A DNA stretch of 64,000 nucleotides, taken from positions 1,324 to 65,323 of the forward strand of contig JAUYAV010000019.1 in assembly GCA_030693325.1 (NCBI GenBank), written 5' to 3'. This DNA comes from a bacterium. GTDB taxonomy: Bacteria; Patescibacteriota; Minisyncoccia; UBA6257; MFKM01. The notes beneath the pieces were generated by a model, which searched no databases, had not been told where the DNA came from, and saw only the letters and a program-made list of their open reading frames with translations. Shown in pieces: positions 19,310 to 28,245 of the stretch. A program made the position numbers and the translations under genes. The stretch's first letter is position 1; each line of letters starts with the position of its first letter.

Positions 19310-21250
19310 TTAAGTTGTAGGTGGCGGAGTCGCTGACCCCGAAGGTGTTATTTCTTCGGCGAATAATCGCTTCCCTAATGTTTTTTTATAAACCGCTCTT
19401 GCTTGCGCGCCTAATTTCCTCATTGCCTCGTCTTTGTTTTTTTCCATAAATGATATTTCTTTTTCGATAAGCGACTTATAATTATCAACAGTTCCTTCTT
19501 TAATGTGCGGCATAACCCTGCCAAACGCTCCGGGGGTCTTTCGGGCGAAAGCGCCAATTAACTGTTTTTGAATATTTTGAAGCTTAGAATCGGTTGTCGT
19601 TTTAAAAATTTCATTCCATTGCCCTTTCGCGTAATCTTTGGGATCAAGCGATTTAAGAAATTCGTCCGTAGCAGCCACTAATTCGTCGTTTGTTTTCGCG
19701 GACACCATTCCCACGCTACGCCCGATAGCTTTTGTTATATTTCCAAAATTAAGCCCTGTGGTTTTGAAATCTTTTTCAACATTAGCCATAGTTGCTCCAT
19801 TGGAGAAGTATTTTGATATTGTTTCCGTGCTTAAATCTTTTTTCTTGGCTAATTCTTCAAGAATAACAGCTCGTTTTATGCCGGTCGCAGCTTGAGCTTC
19901 AATGTTTAACCTCTGAGGTGACAGCCCCGCGACTTGTTTCCTATATTGTTCGGCGGGCACCCGTTCCGCTTGAGCGCCCAAACGATTAATGCCTTGGCCA
20001 ACCCATTTCGCCGGAGCGAATTTTGAATTGGCTAAATTCCTGGTCCAGCCTTTGACTTTCTCGGATCCGGTTACTTTCCCAACACCTTCCCAAGCTTTTC
20101 TGCCGGCGAATCCTTTGATCCCCTTGCCAGCCGCCGACGCCACATTCAAAAAGGTTTTTGCCCCGCCGATTCCCATTTTGTCGGAGATTATCAATCCGAA
20201 CATCAAAAATCCGCCCACTATAACTAAATTAATAACACTGCCGGCAAAATCTTTCATCGGAGTGCCGCCAAATCCCATAAGGTCGTTTAGCTTTCCAACG
20301 CCTTGAGCGTCAAGAGATATTCCGCCGGTGAATGTTTTGTAGTTGTTGGCGAGATAAACCGCCAGATAAAAGAAAAATGAAGCAACGGGAGCGAATATGA
20401 TCCATTTTATGAAATTTTTCCACCACTCTTTCCACATAGATTCGGTTGAAGGTAAAATCATGGAAAGGCAAGCTAAAGGGACCAAAACCAAAAGCACGCT
20501 CAAATTAAGATATCTTAATATAAACATCGCCGCCACCGCTATCAGGCACAATGCTACCAAAAGAGTGAAAACAACCGCGAAAACAAGGCCGGCAATTATT
20601 TTTACCGCTCCGCTGAAAGTGAGGATATTTGCTGCAAAATCGGCGGCGTCTTTCACGCCCAGAAATTGTCCGACATTAAAAGCCGCGGCAAGAGACGTTC
20701 CTAACCCCCCCACTCCCGCGCCGGTAATGTTTGAAATAAAATACTTGGTCAGCATATTGGAAAAATCAATAAAAACGCCGGCGAACATTAAACTGAAGTT
20801 GACCAAAAGCGCCACCGCGATTAATTTCCCCAAAGTGCTTTTGGCTTCGTATTGCTGCATCCGGAGAATGGTAGCGATGGCGATGATAATAATGAATAAA
20901 ACAAAACCTAGATTCGCCAGGTCCCTCGTGATTTTCCAGCCGACGTCAATAATGGGGTTTTGGATAACCGCGAAATTCAAACTGAGAGCAAAATTACTCA
21001 AAAATCCGCCTATCTGAACGGCAATACTGGCTATACTGCCGGCAATAAGACTGATTCCTATAATTGTTAAAGACAATGGCACTGCCGCAATGCCACCGAC
21101 CACATCTAATCCTGTTAAAACAGGGTTAGAAGAAGAATTAGAAGTTGCCGCTGGCGAATCGGCCGCGTAAATTTTCCCCGTATTTCCAATCAATAAAAAC
21201 ATAATCAGGCCTAAAGTGACAATCGCCAATATTTTTTGTTTTTTGTTCAT
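19310..21250 (-). CDS. VirB6/TrbL-like polytopic membrane protein with C-terminal soluble domain
   Basis: Signal peptide, then at least 6 TM helices over ~350 aa, then a ~250-aa hydrophilic C-terminus. Position and topology match VirB6-like T4SS channel proteins. Confidence 0.5.
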   Translation of the reverse strand: MNKKQKILAIVTLGLIMFLLIGNTGKIYAADSPAATSNSSSNPVLTGLDVVGGIAAVPLSLTIIGISLIAGSIASIAVQIGGFLSNFALSLNFAVIQNPIIDVGWKITRDLANLGFVLFIIIIAIATILRMQQYEAKSTLGKLIAVALLVNFSLMFAGVFIDFSNMLTKYFISNITGAGVGGLGTSLAAAFNVGQFLGVKDAADFAANILTFSGAVKIIAGLVFAVVFTLLVALCLIAVAAMFILRYLNLSVLLVLVPLACLSMILPSTESMWKEWWKNFIKWIIFAPVASFFFYLAVYLANNYKTFTGGISLDAQGVGKLNDLMGFGGTPMKDFAGSVINLVIVGGFLMFGLIISDKMGIGGAKTFLNVASAAGKGIKGFAGRKAWEGVGKVTGSEKVKGWTRNLANSKFAPAKWVGQGINRLGAQAERVPAEQYRKQVAGLSPQRLNIEAQAATGIKRAVILEELAKKKDLSTETISKYFSNGATMANVEKDFKTTGLNFGNITKAIGRSVGMVSAKTNDELVAATDEFLKSLDPKDYAKGQWNEIFKTTTDSKLQNIQKQLIGAFARKTPGAFGRVMPHIKEGTVDNYKSLIEKEISFMEKNKDEAMRKLGAQARAVYKKTLGKRLFAEEITPSGSATPPPTT

Positions 21251-21251
21251 T

Positions 21252-22811
21252 TTATGGAGTCGTGACTATACAGAGAGATAAGCGGGATTGAATTGATGAA
21301 AGCTCGGCTTGCTTGTTTTTGGATTCGTCTTCGCTGGCTTTTTTGGTTGTTTCCGGGCCCGGGGCAATTTCTAAAATAAGGGACTGATATTTTGTCAGAA
21401 AATCATTATAGTGCTGGGTCAAAAGAGCCATTTCCCGGTCTCGGAAATCAGCGGAAATATTAACAGCTTCAGTTATGCCGGCTTGATTTTCATTAACAAT
21501 GATTTGATAATTAGCAACTTCATTTGTCAAACGAGTAATTTCGTTTTGAGCGCTGGTTATGTCGCTGTCAGAAACCGGCGGCTGGCAGTTACGCGTTTTT
21601 AACGCATTTAAGTTCGTAACTATTTGCTGTTCGGAAGAAAGAGAGGATTTTTTATTGGCTAAAATTGCATTGAAATAAGCAAGGAATGCCTGATAATCAC
21701 TTTTTATCCGGTCTCTTTCTTGCCTTTTCGCCAAAAGAGCGGGGTCATAATTTCCATAAGGATTATAATTGCCGGAGGCGGAACTCTGGGGCGTGGTGCT
21801 CGGTTTCATTAAACTTAAACCCTCTGTAAAAAGACGATTGATGGTGGCGTTGACCAGGGCCGCTACCCAAGATTGGATATTCTGAGCCCATTGATAATCA
21901 GATGTAACGGCTTGAGCGGCTAACGCGCCGACAGTATCGCCTGGAGTAACAATTTCTTCTTTAATACACTTTATTGTCCCATCGGGTAACTGGGTTGAAG
22001 CTAAACATCTTTTAACCGATAAAAATCCCTTACCGGCTATGGCTTCGTTTTGAGCCGCTTCTTTGGCTTTGGCGCCCTGGATCATTGCTTCATCCATCGT
22101 CATATACAAAGAACCGTAATAATTATTTTCCGGCCACCAGGATTGTTCGTAAGCTATCCAACTGCCATTTCGGAAGTCGTCGTAGAAATTTTGAATATTG
22201 GCGACAATATCGTCAAGGGTGCAGGAAATCCGGTTTTGAAATCTTTGCACCGGCAACAAACTTATTCTGACTTGCAAGCCGAAGGGCTTACAGAGAAAAT
22301 TCAAATTGCTGTTATTGATAACTTCGCCCACCCCCGTGTTAAAAGCGTCGCCTAAAAATGTGTCCCAATTGGTGACGTATCTTGGCTGGCCGCCGCCCTG
22401 AATCCAGTTCACGGTTTCGTCAACAAGCCAGTCCAAGATCATTTTAGCAACGACATCGCGGACGCAATTTTTGGATTTCATAAGAGCGTCGGAGGTTTGT
22501 TGTTTGGAAATTTCGCTCGGCAGATTCACTACCGTTGTGGGCACGGTGAGCATTAAGACGCTTGTTGCCAATTCTGTGACATCCTCCACTTTATGAATAA
22601 TTTTAGATGCCAGTCCGGCGACGAAGTTTTCCAGTTGAATTCCCAAAAAACAGCTTACCCCCGCGCCTATGGCTTGGCCAACGGCTTCTCCTGGCGTGCT
22701 TGCTCCCGCTTGAGCCGCCGCTTTAGGCGTAAAAACATTGCCCAAGCCGCCGAAAATAAGCGAAGAAATGGTTATTGTTAGAATAATTTTTTTAAAAAAT
22801 AAAGATTTCAT
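21252..22811 (-). CDS. Secreted protein, coiled-coil C-terminus (T4SS-like cluster, unknown)
   Basis: Signal peptide MKSLFFKKIILTITISSLIFGGLG...AAAQA; 519 aa. Confidence 0.4.
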   Translation of the reverse strand: MKSLFFKKIILTITISSLIFGGLGNVFTPKAAAQAGASTPGEAVGQAIGAGVSCFLGIQLENFVAGLASKIIHKVEDVTELATSVLMLTVPTTVVNLPSEISKQQTSDALMKSKNCVRDVVAKMILDWLVDETVNWIQGGGQPRYVTNWDTFLGDAFNTGVGEVINNSNLNFLCKPFGLQVRISLLPVQRFQNRISCTLDDIVANIQNFYDDFRNGSWIAYEQSWWPENNYYGSLYMTMDEAMIQGAKAKEAAQNEAIAGKGFLSVKRCLASTQLPDGTIKCIKEEIVTPGDTVGALAAQAVTSDYQWAQNIQSWVAALVNATINRLFTEGLSLMKPSTTPQSSASGNYNPYGNYDPALLAKRQERDRIKSDYQAFLAYFNAILANKKSSLSSEQQIVTNLNALKTRNCQPPVSDSDITSAQNEITRLTNEVANYQIIVNENQAGITEAVNISADFRDREMALLTQHYNDFLTKYQSLILEIAPGPETTKKASEDESKNKQAELSSIQSRLSLCIVTTP

Positions 22812-23630
22812 TTAAGATCCGATTTCTTTTATTTTTTCTCCTAAAATGGTTTGAATTTTTTCACCGCTACTAACCAAGCTATCCATGGCTTCTAAAGCCA
22901 AACCTCCCTTAGGTGGGTCAGTGGGATAATAAGCCATTGCCCGATAGACAACCGCCGAGTTTTTGGCGTAAACAATCATCATTTTATGGATATCAACCCA
23001 ATCCGCCGGGACCGTCAGATTCAAGTATTGGTCAGCCAAGTTTTTATAAATACCGGCTAAACGATTAGCTGAAGAAGGATCGATTTTTTGGTAAGTATCA
23101 ACTATTACTTGTAAATAATTTTCGTTAAAGTCGCCAAAAGTTATTTTATTGATTTCTCCGATGGCTTTTAAGTATCGGGTTTTGGCTTCTTTTGAAATCT
23201 CCGATGAAATTTTTAAGTCAGCATTATTTACGGTTGATACTAATTTGAAATCTGATAAGCTGTCATTAATAACTTTATTTACTAAATTTTCCGATGCCGT
23301 GTTTATATCAGGAGACAGGGTTCTTTTTTCCTGGTTTACGAGATTATTATTTTGGATTTCCTCAAAAAGATTTTCCCCTAAGGCTTTTACGGTGTTATTT
23401 TTTTCGTCAAAATTATAAGGAGTTCTTGGTTCTGGCGTTGGAAGAGAAGTTAATTTAATTTCTGGCGAATTTTCGTTAGGAATAGATTGTTTTTTTGGAG
23501 TGGTAACGAAATAAGCCCCGGTTAAAAATGCGATTACTACCAAAATTATAAGCCCTGATTTTAGGGTTTTCATTAATTTAATTATAACAAATTCTATGAT
23601 ATTATTGTACCATAGAATATGGTTAAACAA
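22812..23630 (-). CDS. Membrane-anchored protein, first gene of T4SS-like operon (unknown)
   Basis: Single N-terminal TM; 272 aa. Confidence 0.4.
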   Translation of the reverse strand: MFNHILWYNNIIEFVIIKLMKTLKSGLIILVVIAFLTGAYFVTTPKKQSIPNENSPEIKLTSLPTPEPRTPYNFDEKNNTVKALGENLFEEIQNNNLVNQEKRTLSPDINTASENLVNKVINDSLSDFKLVSTVNNADLKISSEISKEAKTRYLKAIGEINKITFGDFNENYLQVIVDTYQKIDPSSANRLAGIYKNLADQYLNLTVPADWVDIHKMMIVYAKNSAVVYRAMAYYPTDPPKGGLALEAMDSLVSSGEKIQTILGEKIKEIGS

Positions 23631-23948
23631 TCTTTCACCTGCTTATTTTTAGGGATTGTTTTTTTATCTTTTGTTTTTTGGGCTAAACCAGCCGAAGCTA
23701 TTTTGGGTTTCGGGGGGAGGATATTGGAGATTACGCTTTGCGATGAAGGAGAATTAATCACTATTGGGCCTCCGCGACCAGGATTGTTTTTATTGACGCC
23801 CGGCAGTCTGATTTTTTCTTGGTATCAAATAAGAAAGGGGCCTTGGGCTTTTGGCGCTTATGTTCCGGGCGGGATTTGCACTATTTTGGGCTTCCCCGTC
23901 GCCTTTCCTTTGGGCACGATAACCATTATCGGGACCTCACTTTTTTAA
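23619..23948 (+). CDS. Small secreted/membrane protein (hypothetical), divergent from T4SS-like operon
   Basis: Signal peptide ...AKPAEA; 109 aa with a hydrophobic C-terminus. Confidence 0.35.
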   Translation: MVKQSFTCLFLGIVFLSFVFWAKPAEAILGFGGRILEITLCDEGELITIGPPRPGLFLLTPGSLIFSWYQIRKGPWAFGAYVPGGICTILGFPVAFPLGTITIIGTSLF

Positions 23949-23956
23949 TCTTATTG

Positions 23957-24826
23957 TTATAGCGCAAGCCACTGTCTTGTGTTTGCCAATCTTTTTATCT
24001 GCTCAATCGTTAAATCCTGCGGCCGGTCGCCGGGATTAATTCTTAATTTCTCCAAGATTTTTATAATTTCATTTTTTGATTTTCCCGTTCCTTCTAAATT
24101 ATTAACAATCGTTTTTCTCGGTTGCTTGAAAAGAATTTTTATTAATTTATAGTAGTCTTCGGCACTATCACGCGTGATAGTGCCGAAGGGTGTTAATTTT
24201 ATGACCGCGCTATCCACTTCCGGCCGGGGCTTAAAATCAGTTTTGGGAATATAATCAATAATTTTCGGTTCGGCCCAGAACTGGACGCTGGCCGCCAGGA
24301 GATTCATTTGCGGTGGCAGAGCGCAAATCCTTTCCGCCACTTCTTTTTGGACAGTCAAAACGACAAGCGAGGGTTTATTTTCCAACTCGCCGATGATTCG
24401 CAATAGATGGCCGGTGATATAATAAGGAATATTGCCGGCAATCTTATAATTCTCATTTTTTAGTTTATTATTTTCAGCAAGTTTTGGGATGATTTTTAAG
24501 GCATCGCCTTCAATAATCTCAATGTTTTTATCTAATTTGAATTTTTTTTGGAGAAATCGGACAAGTTCTCCGTCTTTTTCAATCGCAATTATTTGAAATT
24601 TGTCTCCCTTCGGGAGATGTCCCGCAGGGACAGAAATTATAACTTCTCTCCCCTCAGGGGGTCTCCTGCAGATAGAGAAGTTATCTGACAAAAGCAGAGT
24701 CAATTCTCCGCGCCCCGGTCCGATTTCAATAATCGTCTCGCCGGAGTTTGGGCTTAAAACCTCAATAATTTCCTCTAGTTTCTTTTTATTGATTAAAAAA
24801 TGTTGCCCTAATCTCTGTTTGCTCAT
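23957..24826 (-). CDS. rsmA: 16S rRNA (adenine1518/1519-N6) dimethyltransferase RsmA/KsgA, carrying a ~25-aa in-frame insertion
   Basis: QHFL...EIGPGRGELT SAM-binding motif; NIPYYIT motif. An extra segment, SICRRPPEGREVIISVPAGHLPKGD, sits between the SAM motif and IIAIEKD and is encoded by palindromic repeat DNA. Confidence 0.85.
   Translation of the reverse strand: MSKQRLGQHFLINKKKLEEIIEVLSPNSGETIIEIGPGRGELTLLLSDNFSICRRPPEGREVIISVPAGHLPKGDKFQIIAIEKDGELVRFLQKKFKLDKNIEIIEGDALKIIPKLAENNKLKNENYKIAGNIPYYITGHLLRIIGELENKPSLVVLTVQKEVAERICALPPQMNLLAASVQFWAEPKIIDYIPKTDFKPRPEVDSAVIKLTPFGTITRDSAEDYYKLIKILFKQPRKTIVNNLEGTGKSKNEIIKILEKLRINPGDRPQDLTIEQIKRLANTRQWLAL
24600..24690. repeat. In-frame palindromic double/triple-hairpin repeat insertion inside ksgA
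   Basis: tgtctcccttcgggagatgtcccgcagggaca + ataacttctct...agagaagttat hairpin. Shares its core with copies at 28146..28182 and 51463..51495. Confidence 0.7.
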
Positions 24827-24851
24827 ATTTTGTTTATTAGTTGCTCGTTTT

Positions 24852-24888
24852 TGCTATAACAATTTTTAGACGACCGCATTGTTTTTGT
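24852..24888. promoter_or_regulatory. Inverted-repeat operator-like site TATAACAA-N-TTGTTATA
   Basis: tataacaatttttagacgaccgcattgtttttgttata; a near-identical copy sits upstream of the regulator gene at 25491..25530. Confidence 0.5.
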
Positions 24889-25481
24889 TATAGAAGTTCT
24901 TTTTCGTCGTCTATTTCACCTACCGTAATCAATTTGATGTTTTGATACAAATTGCGATTTATAAGTTCTTCAAAAAGATCCTCTGCGAGGGGCTGCTTGC
25001 CTATAAAAACACTTTTTTGTAAAAGTTTATACTCAAGATTGGCAAGCCGGCTCCGGAGCCAGTTGCGGTCTTTGCGTCTTTTTTCGGGAATATCAAACAT
25101 TATTATCCGCCATTTATTGTCCCAGGGGATTTTTTTGTTTTCTTCTTGGTATCTTTTAATAAAATTCAGGCCTTTTAATGTTGGGAGATAACTACCTTTT
25201 TTATTTTCCACTAGCCCTTTCTTCTGAAGGCGCCATAAAATAGTTCGCGCGCTATTTTCTTTCAGTTCTTTCATTTCTCTGTAATAATCCCAAAAAGATT
25301 TTCCTTTTAATCCTTTTTCCATTGCTCCGGCCATTCCCATTCTTGGATGTTTAAGCTCCAATAAGTCAATTAAAGTTGAAGCGCCGCGTTCAGCCAGGCC
25401 TAAAAGCAGCGCCATACCGGCTGAACTTATTTTTGTCGGCAAACCTAATCTTTTTTCTGTTGGCATTTTTTGTTTTAGCAC
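24888..25481 (-). CDS. PaaX-like regulator (winged HTH + Cas2/VapD-like C-terminal domain)
   Basis: C-terminus WRIIMFDIPEKRRKDRNWLRSRLANLEYKLLQKSVFIG matches the Cas2-like fold signature in PaaX-family proteins. Flanked on both sides by the same palindrome. Confidence 0.5.
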   Translation of the reverse strand: MLKQKMPTEKRLGLPTKISSAGMALLLGLAERGASTLIDLLELKHPRMGMAGAMEKGLKGKSFWDYYREMKELKENSARTILWRLQKKGLVENKKGSYLPTLKGLNFIKRYQEENKKIPWDNKWRIIMFDIPEKRRKDRNWLRSRLANLEYKLLQKSVFIGKQPLAEDLFEELINRNLYQNIKLITVGEIDDEKELL

Positions 25482-25490
25482 ATGTCAATT

Positions 25491-25530
25491 ATATAACAAT
25501 TTTCAGACGACCGCACGAAAATTGTTATAT
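25491..25530. promoter_or_regulatory. Perfect 12-bp inverted repeat TATAACAATTTT-N14-AAAATTGTTATA (candidate autoregulatory operator)
   Basis: tataacaattttcagacgaccgcacgaaaattgttata, 10-50 nt upstream of the PaaX-like gene. Confidence 0.55.
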
Positions 25531-25562
25531 TTTAGGTTTAATATTTAGCACAAGAAATTTTT

Positions 25563-27080
25563 TTAAGAGATTATTTTTAAAACGCAATTATTAAATTGTT
25601 CGCCGCGGTCAAATTCGTTTTGAAAAAGATTGAAACTAGCCGCTCCCGGAGAAAGTAAAATTATATCCCCTGTTTGGGAAGTTTGGTAGGCTTTTTTAAC
25701 CGCTTCCTCCATGTTTTTGGCTTCGGAAAAATTTACCCCGTTAGAAGTTTTAGACAGAAAAAATTTCTTAAAAATTTTTTCTGTTCCTGAACGTTGAATT
25801 GAATTCCTATTTTGGATAAAACTCGGTAAGTTGTTGTTCGATTTAATGTTCGCCAGACTTCTAACGGGGTTTATCTTCAAATATTTTTTCAGTTTTTCCG
25901 TGGCGCTGCCTGGCAAAAGAATTAATTTTTTGACTTGGCGATTGATTTTTTCCGCCAAATTTTTATAATCAAGATTTTTATTCTCGCCTCCGGCAATCAA
26001 AATAATCGGCCGCTGATATTTTTTAGCCAAAAACTCAAGGCCTGTCAAAACCGCCGTGGGGTTAGTGGCGGTTGTGTCATTGATAAAAATTATATTTTTT
26101 AATGTTCTGATTATTTCCTGGCGTCCGGCCAACCCGCGAAAATTTTTGACCACTTTGGTAATTTCTTTTTTCGGCACCCCCAAAATTTTTGCCGCCTCGG
26201 CCGCCAAAGCGATATTAATTTCCAAGGGCAATAAATTTTTATTTTTAATAAAGTGTTTTTTAGCTTTAGCCCCGTTTAGCGGGACTTTGGCATTTTTTAT
26301 CAGTTTAACCAAAAATTTATCATTGCCGTTGATAATCAAATGGTCTTTCGGTTTTTGGTATAAAAATATGTTGGTTTTAGCTTTGGCATAATTTTTTAGC
26401 GAGGCATAACGGTTAAGATGATCGGGGAAAATATTGGTAATGATGGCAATTGGCGGACTCTTTTCTATCAAAGCCAAGTCTTCCAGTTGAAAACTGGAAA
26501 GCTCGGCTACCACGGCATCTTCAGGTTTGATTTTCGAAAGTTTTCCCAAAAATGATTCCCGGATATTTCCTAAAAGCCAAACTTTGGGGTATTTTTTCTT
26601 TAAAATCTCCGCCAAAAGAGCGGCGGTGGTTGATTTTCCCTTGGTTCCGGTGATGCCGACAATTAAAGCCGGTGCATGGCTGAAAAAAATAATAGTATCG
26701 GTGGTAATCGGTATGCCCTTGGCCCGGGCTTTTTCCAAAAAGGGGTCATCCCAGGGGATAGCCGGGTTTTTGACAATTAGATCGCTGGTTAAGAAGTTAA
26801 CCAAGCGGTGTTTGCCGAGTACATATTTAATATTGGGGAAACGAGCAAGCTCATTTAGTGAAGCAGAAAGGGCTTCTTTGGTTTTTAAGTCGGTTACTGT
26901 CACTTTAGCCCCCTGACGGCTGAAAAACTTGGCGATACCTATCCCGCCGCCGTTTAAACCCAGGCCGAAAATAAGGACTTTTTGAGGGCTACCTGCTCTG
27001 TTTACCGGACAGACAGGCGATAGGCGGGGAATATTGTCTTTCTGTTTAGTTTTGCTATAATAAAAGTTATTGGTACTCAT
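25563..27080 (-). CDS. murD: UDP-N-acetylmuramoylalanine--D-glutamate ligase MurD
   Basis: Mur ligase P-loop GITGTKGKSTTAALL; N-terminal Rossmann GLGLNGGG. The N-terminal ~35 aa may be over-called. Confidence 0.8.
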   Translation of the reverse strand: MSTNNFYYSKTKQKDNIPRLSPVCPVNRAGSPQKVLIFGLGLNGGGIGIAKFFSRQGAKVTVTDLKTKEALSASLNELARFPNIKYVLGKHRLVNFLTSDLIVKNPAIPWDDPFLEKARAKGIPITTDTIIFFSHAPALIVGITGTKGKSTTAALLAEILKKKYPKVWLLGNIRESFLGKLSKIKPEDAVVAELSSFQLEDLALIEKSPPIAIITNIFPDHLNRYASLKNYAKAKTNIFLYQKPKDHLIINGNDKFLVKLIKNAKVPLNGAKAKKHFIKNKNLLPLEINIALAAEAAKILGVPKKEITKVVKNFRGLAGRQEIIRTLKNIIFINDTTATNPTAVLTGLEFLAKKYQRPIILIAGGENKNLDYKNLAEKINRQVKKLILLPGSATEKLKKYLKINPVRSLANIKSNNNLPSFIQNRNSIQRSGTEKIFKKFFLSKTSNGVNFSEAKNMEEAVKKAYQTSQTGDIILLSPGAASFNLFQNEFDRGEQFNNCVLKIIS

Positions 27081-27098
27081 TTTAAAATTTTAACTCTT

Positions 27099-28130
27099 TT
27101 GAGGAGATTTTTGAAGCAAACCGCCTCCTGGTCGGTTATTTTGGTTTTAGTGAGCGTTTTGGCGGTTAATTTCGTTATTCATCTGGCAAAAGCCGACCAG
27201 AAACCGGTTTTGACTGCCGACGGTATTCTTGGGGGTCCTGAAAATCAATCGGAGCCAGTTTTGGCTGATTCTCTGAGTTTAAACGTCAATGGCGAATCGA
27301 GCTTTAATGGCTTTGCCGGATTTATATTATTAGATAGTTCAGTCATTTTAGACCCGGGCAATCCACTGAACAGTGTTTTACCTACCCGCGATAATTTGAT
27401 GATTTATCAGATCCAGTCCGGCGATACTGTTTCCAAAATCGCGGCCAAATTTGATATTTCAAAAAATTCCATTTTTTGGAACAACCCCGGCCTTATTTCT
27501 TCCTTTATCAAACCTGGCCAGGAAATAATCATTCTACCGGTTGAGGGAGTATTGCACGAAATTAAAACAGGCGACTCTTTAGATTCCATTGCCGGTTTAT
27601 ACGGAGTCAGTTCTGAAGACATTAAAAAATATAATCCAAATTTTCAAAAACTTCTTCAAGAGCCGGGTGATAAATTGATTATTCCACAGGGCCAGCCTTT
27701 AACAAAAAATAATGCTAATACTCAGGGTACCAGCTGGGCCGGCAATTTTTTGGTAGATTTAGGCAATAATTATTTTATCAGCCCCACCAAAGGTTGGAAT
27801 TGGGGTCGGCTTCATAATTATAATGCCGTTGATATTGCTAATAGTTGCGGAACGCCGGTTTACGCCGCGGCTGACGGCGTGGTTGTTGAGGTCGCTAACG
27901 ATAATGGATGGAACAGCGGCTATGGCAATTATATTAAAATTGAGCATGTGATGGATAAAATTTATACTCGCTATGCTCACTTGGATAAAGTTCTGGTAGA
28001 TAACGGCAAATATGTTTTACAAGGCGCCGAAATTGGTTTGATGGGCAAAACCGGAAATACTGATGGTCCTACTGGCTGTCATTTGCACTTTGAGGTCTAT
28101 GGCGCCAAAAATTCTTTCGGGAAATATTAA
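27099..28130 (+). CDS. Secreted LysM-LysM-M23 peptidoglycan endopeptidase
   Basis: Two LysM motifs (YQIQSGDTVSKIAAKF; HEIKTGDSLDSIAGLYGV); C-terminal M23/LytM motifs (GYGNYIKIEH; HLHFEV). Confidence 0.85.
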   Translation: MRRFLKQTASWSVILVLVSVLAVNFVIHLAKADQKPVLTADGILGGPENQSEPVLADSLSLNVNGESSFNGFAGFILLDSSVILDPGNPLNSVLPTRDNLMIYQIQSGDTVSKIAAKFDISKNSIFWNNPGLISSFIKPGQEIIILPVEGVLHEIKTGDSLDSIAGLYGVSSEDIKKYNPNFQKLLQEPGDKLIIPQGQPLTKNNANTQGTSWAGNFLVDLGNNYFISPTKGWNWGRLHNYNAVDIANSCGTPVYAAADGVVVEVANDNGWNSGYGNYIKIEHVMDKIYTRYAHLDKVLVDNGKYVLQGAEIGLMGKTGNTDGPTGCHLHFEVYGAKNSFGKY

Positions 28131-28145
28131 AGTAAGAAATTCGCG

Positions 28146-28182
28146 AAATTTTGTCCCTTTGGGACATCTCCCGCAGTGAGAC
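28146..28182. repeat. Intergenic copy of the double-hairpin element (GTCCCnnnGGGAC + TCTCCC...GAGACA)
   Basis: tttgtccctttgggacatctcccgcagtgagacaataa shares gggacatctcccg with the ksgA insertion. Confidence 0.65.
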
Positions 28183-28193
28183 AATAATTAAAA

Positions 28194-28225
28194 AGGCCGG
28201 AATTAATTCCGGTTTTTTATTTTTT
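28194..28225. terminator. Bidirectional rho-independent terminator
   Basis: ggccggaatt/aattccgg palindrome + tttttt on the plus side and aaaaa upstream; lies between convergent genes. Confidence 0.7.
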
Positions 28226-28245
28226 AAAGTCGGACTTATAAGTTA

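Noticed and set aside
18463-21017. Antisense ORFs inside large genes (for example 18463..18888, 19989..20306, 20397..21017, 35500..35844, 50528..50968)
   Set aside because: They are shadow ORFs on the opposite strand of well-supported genes with biased composition, and have no independent signals.
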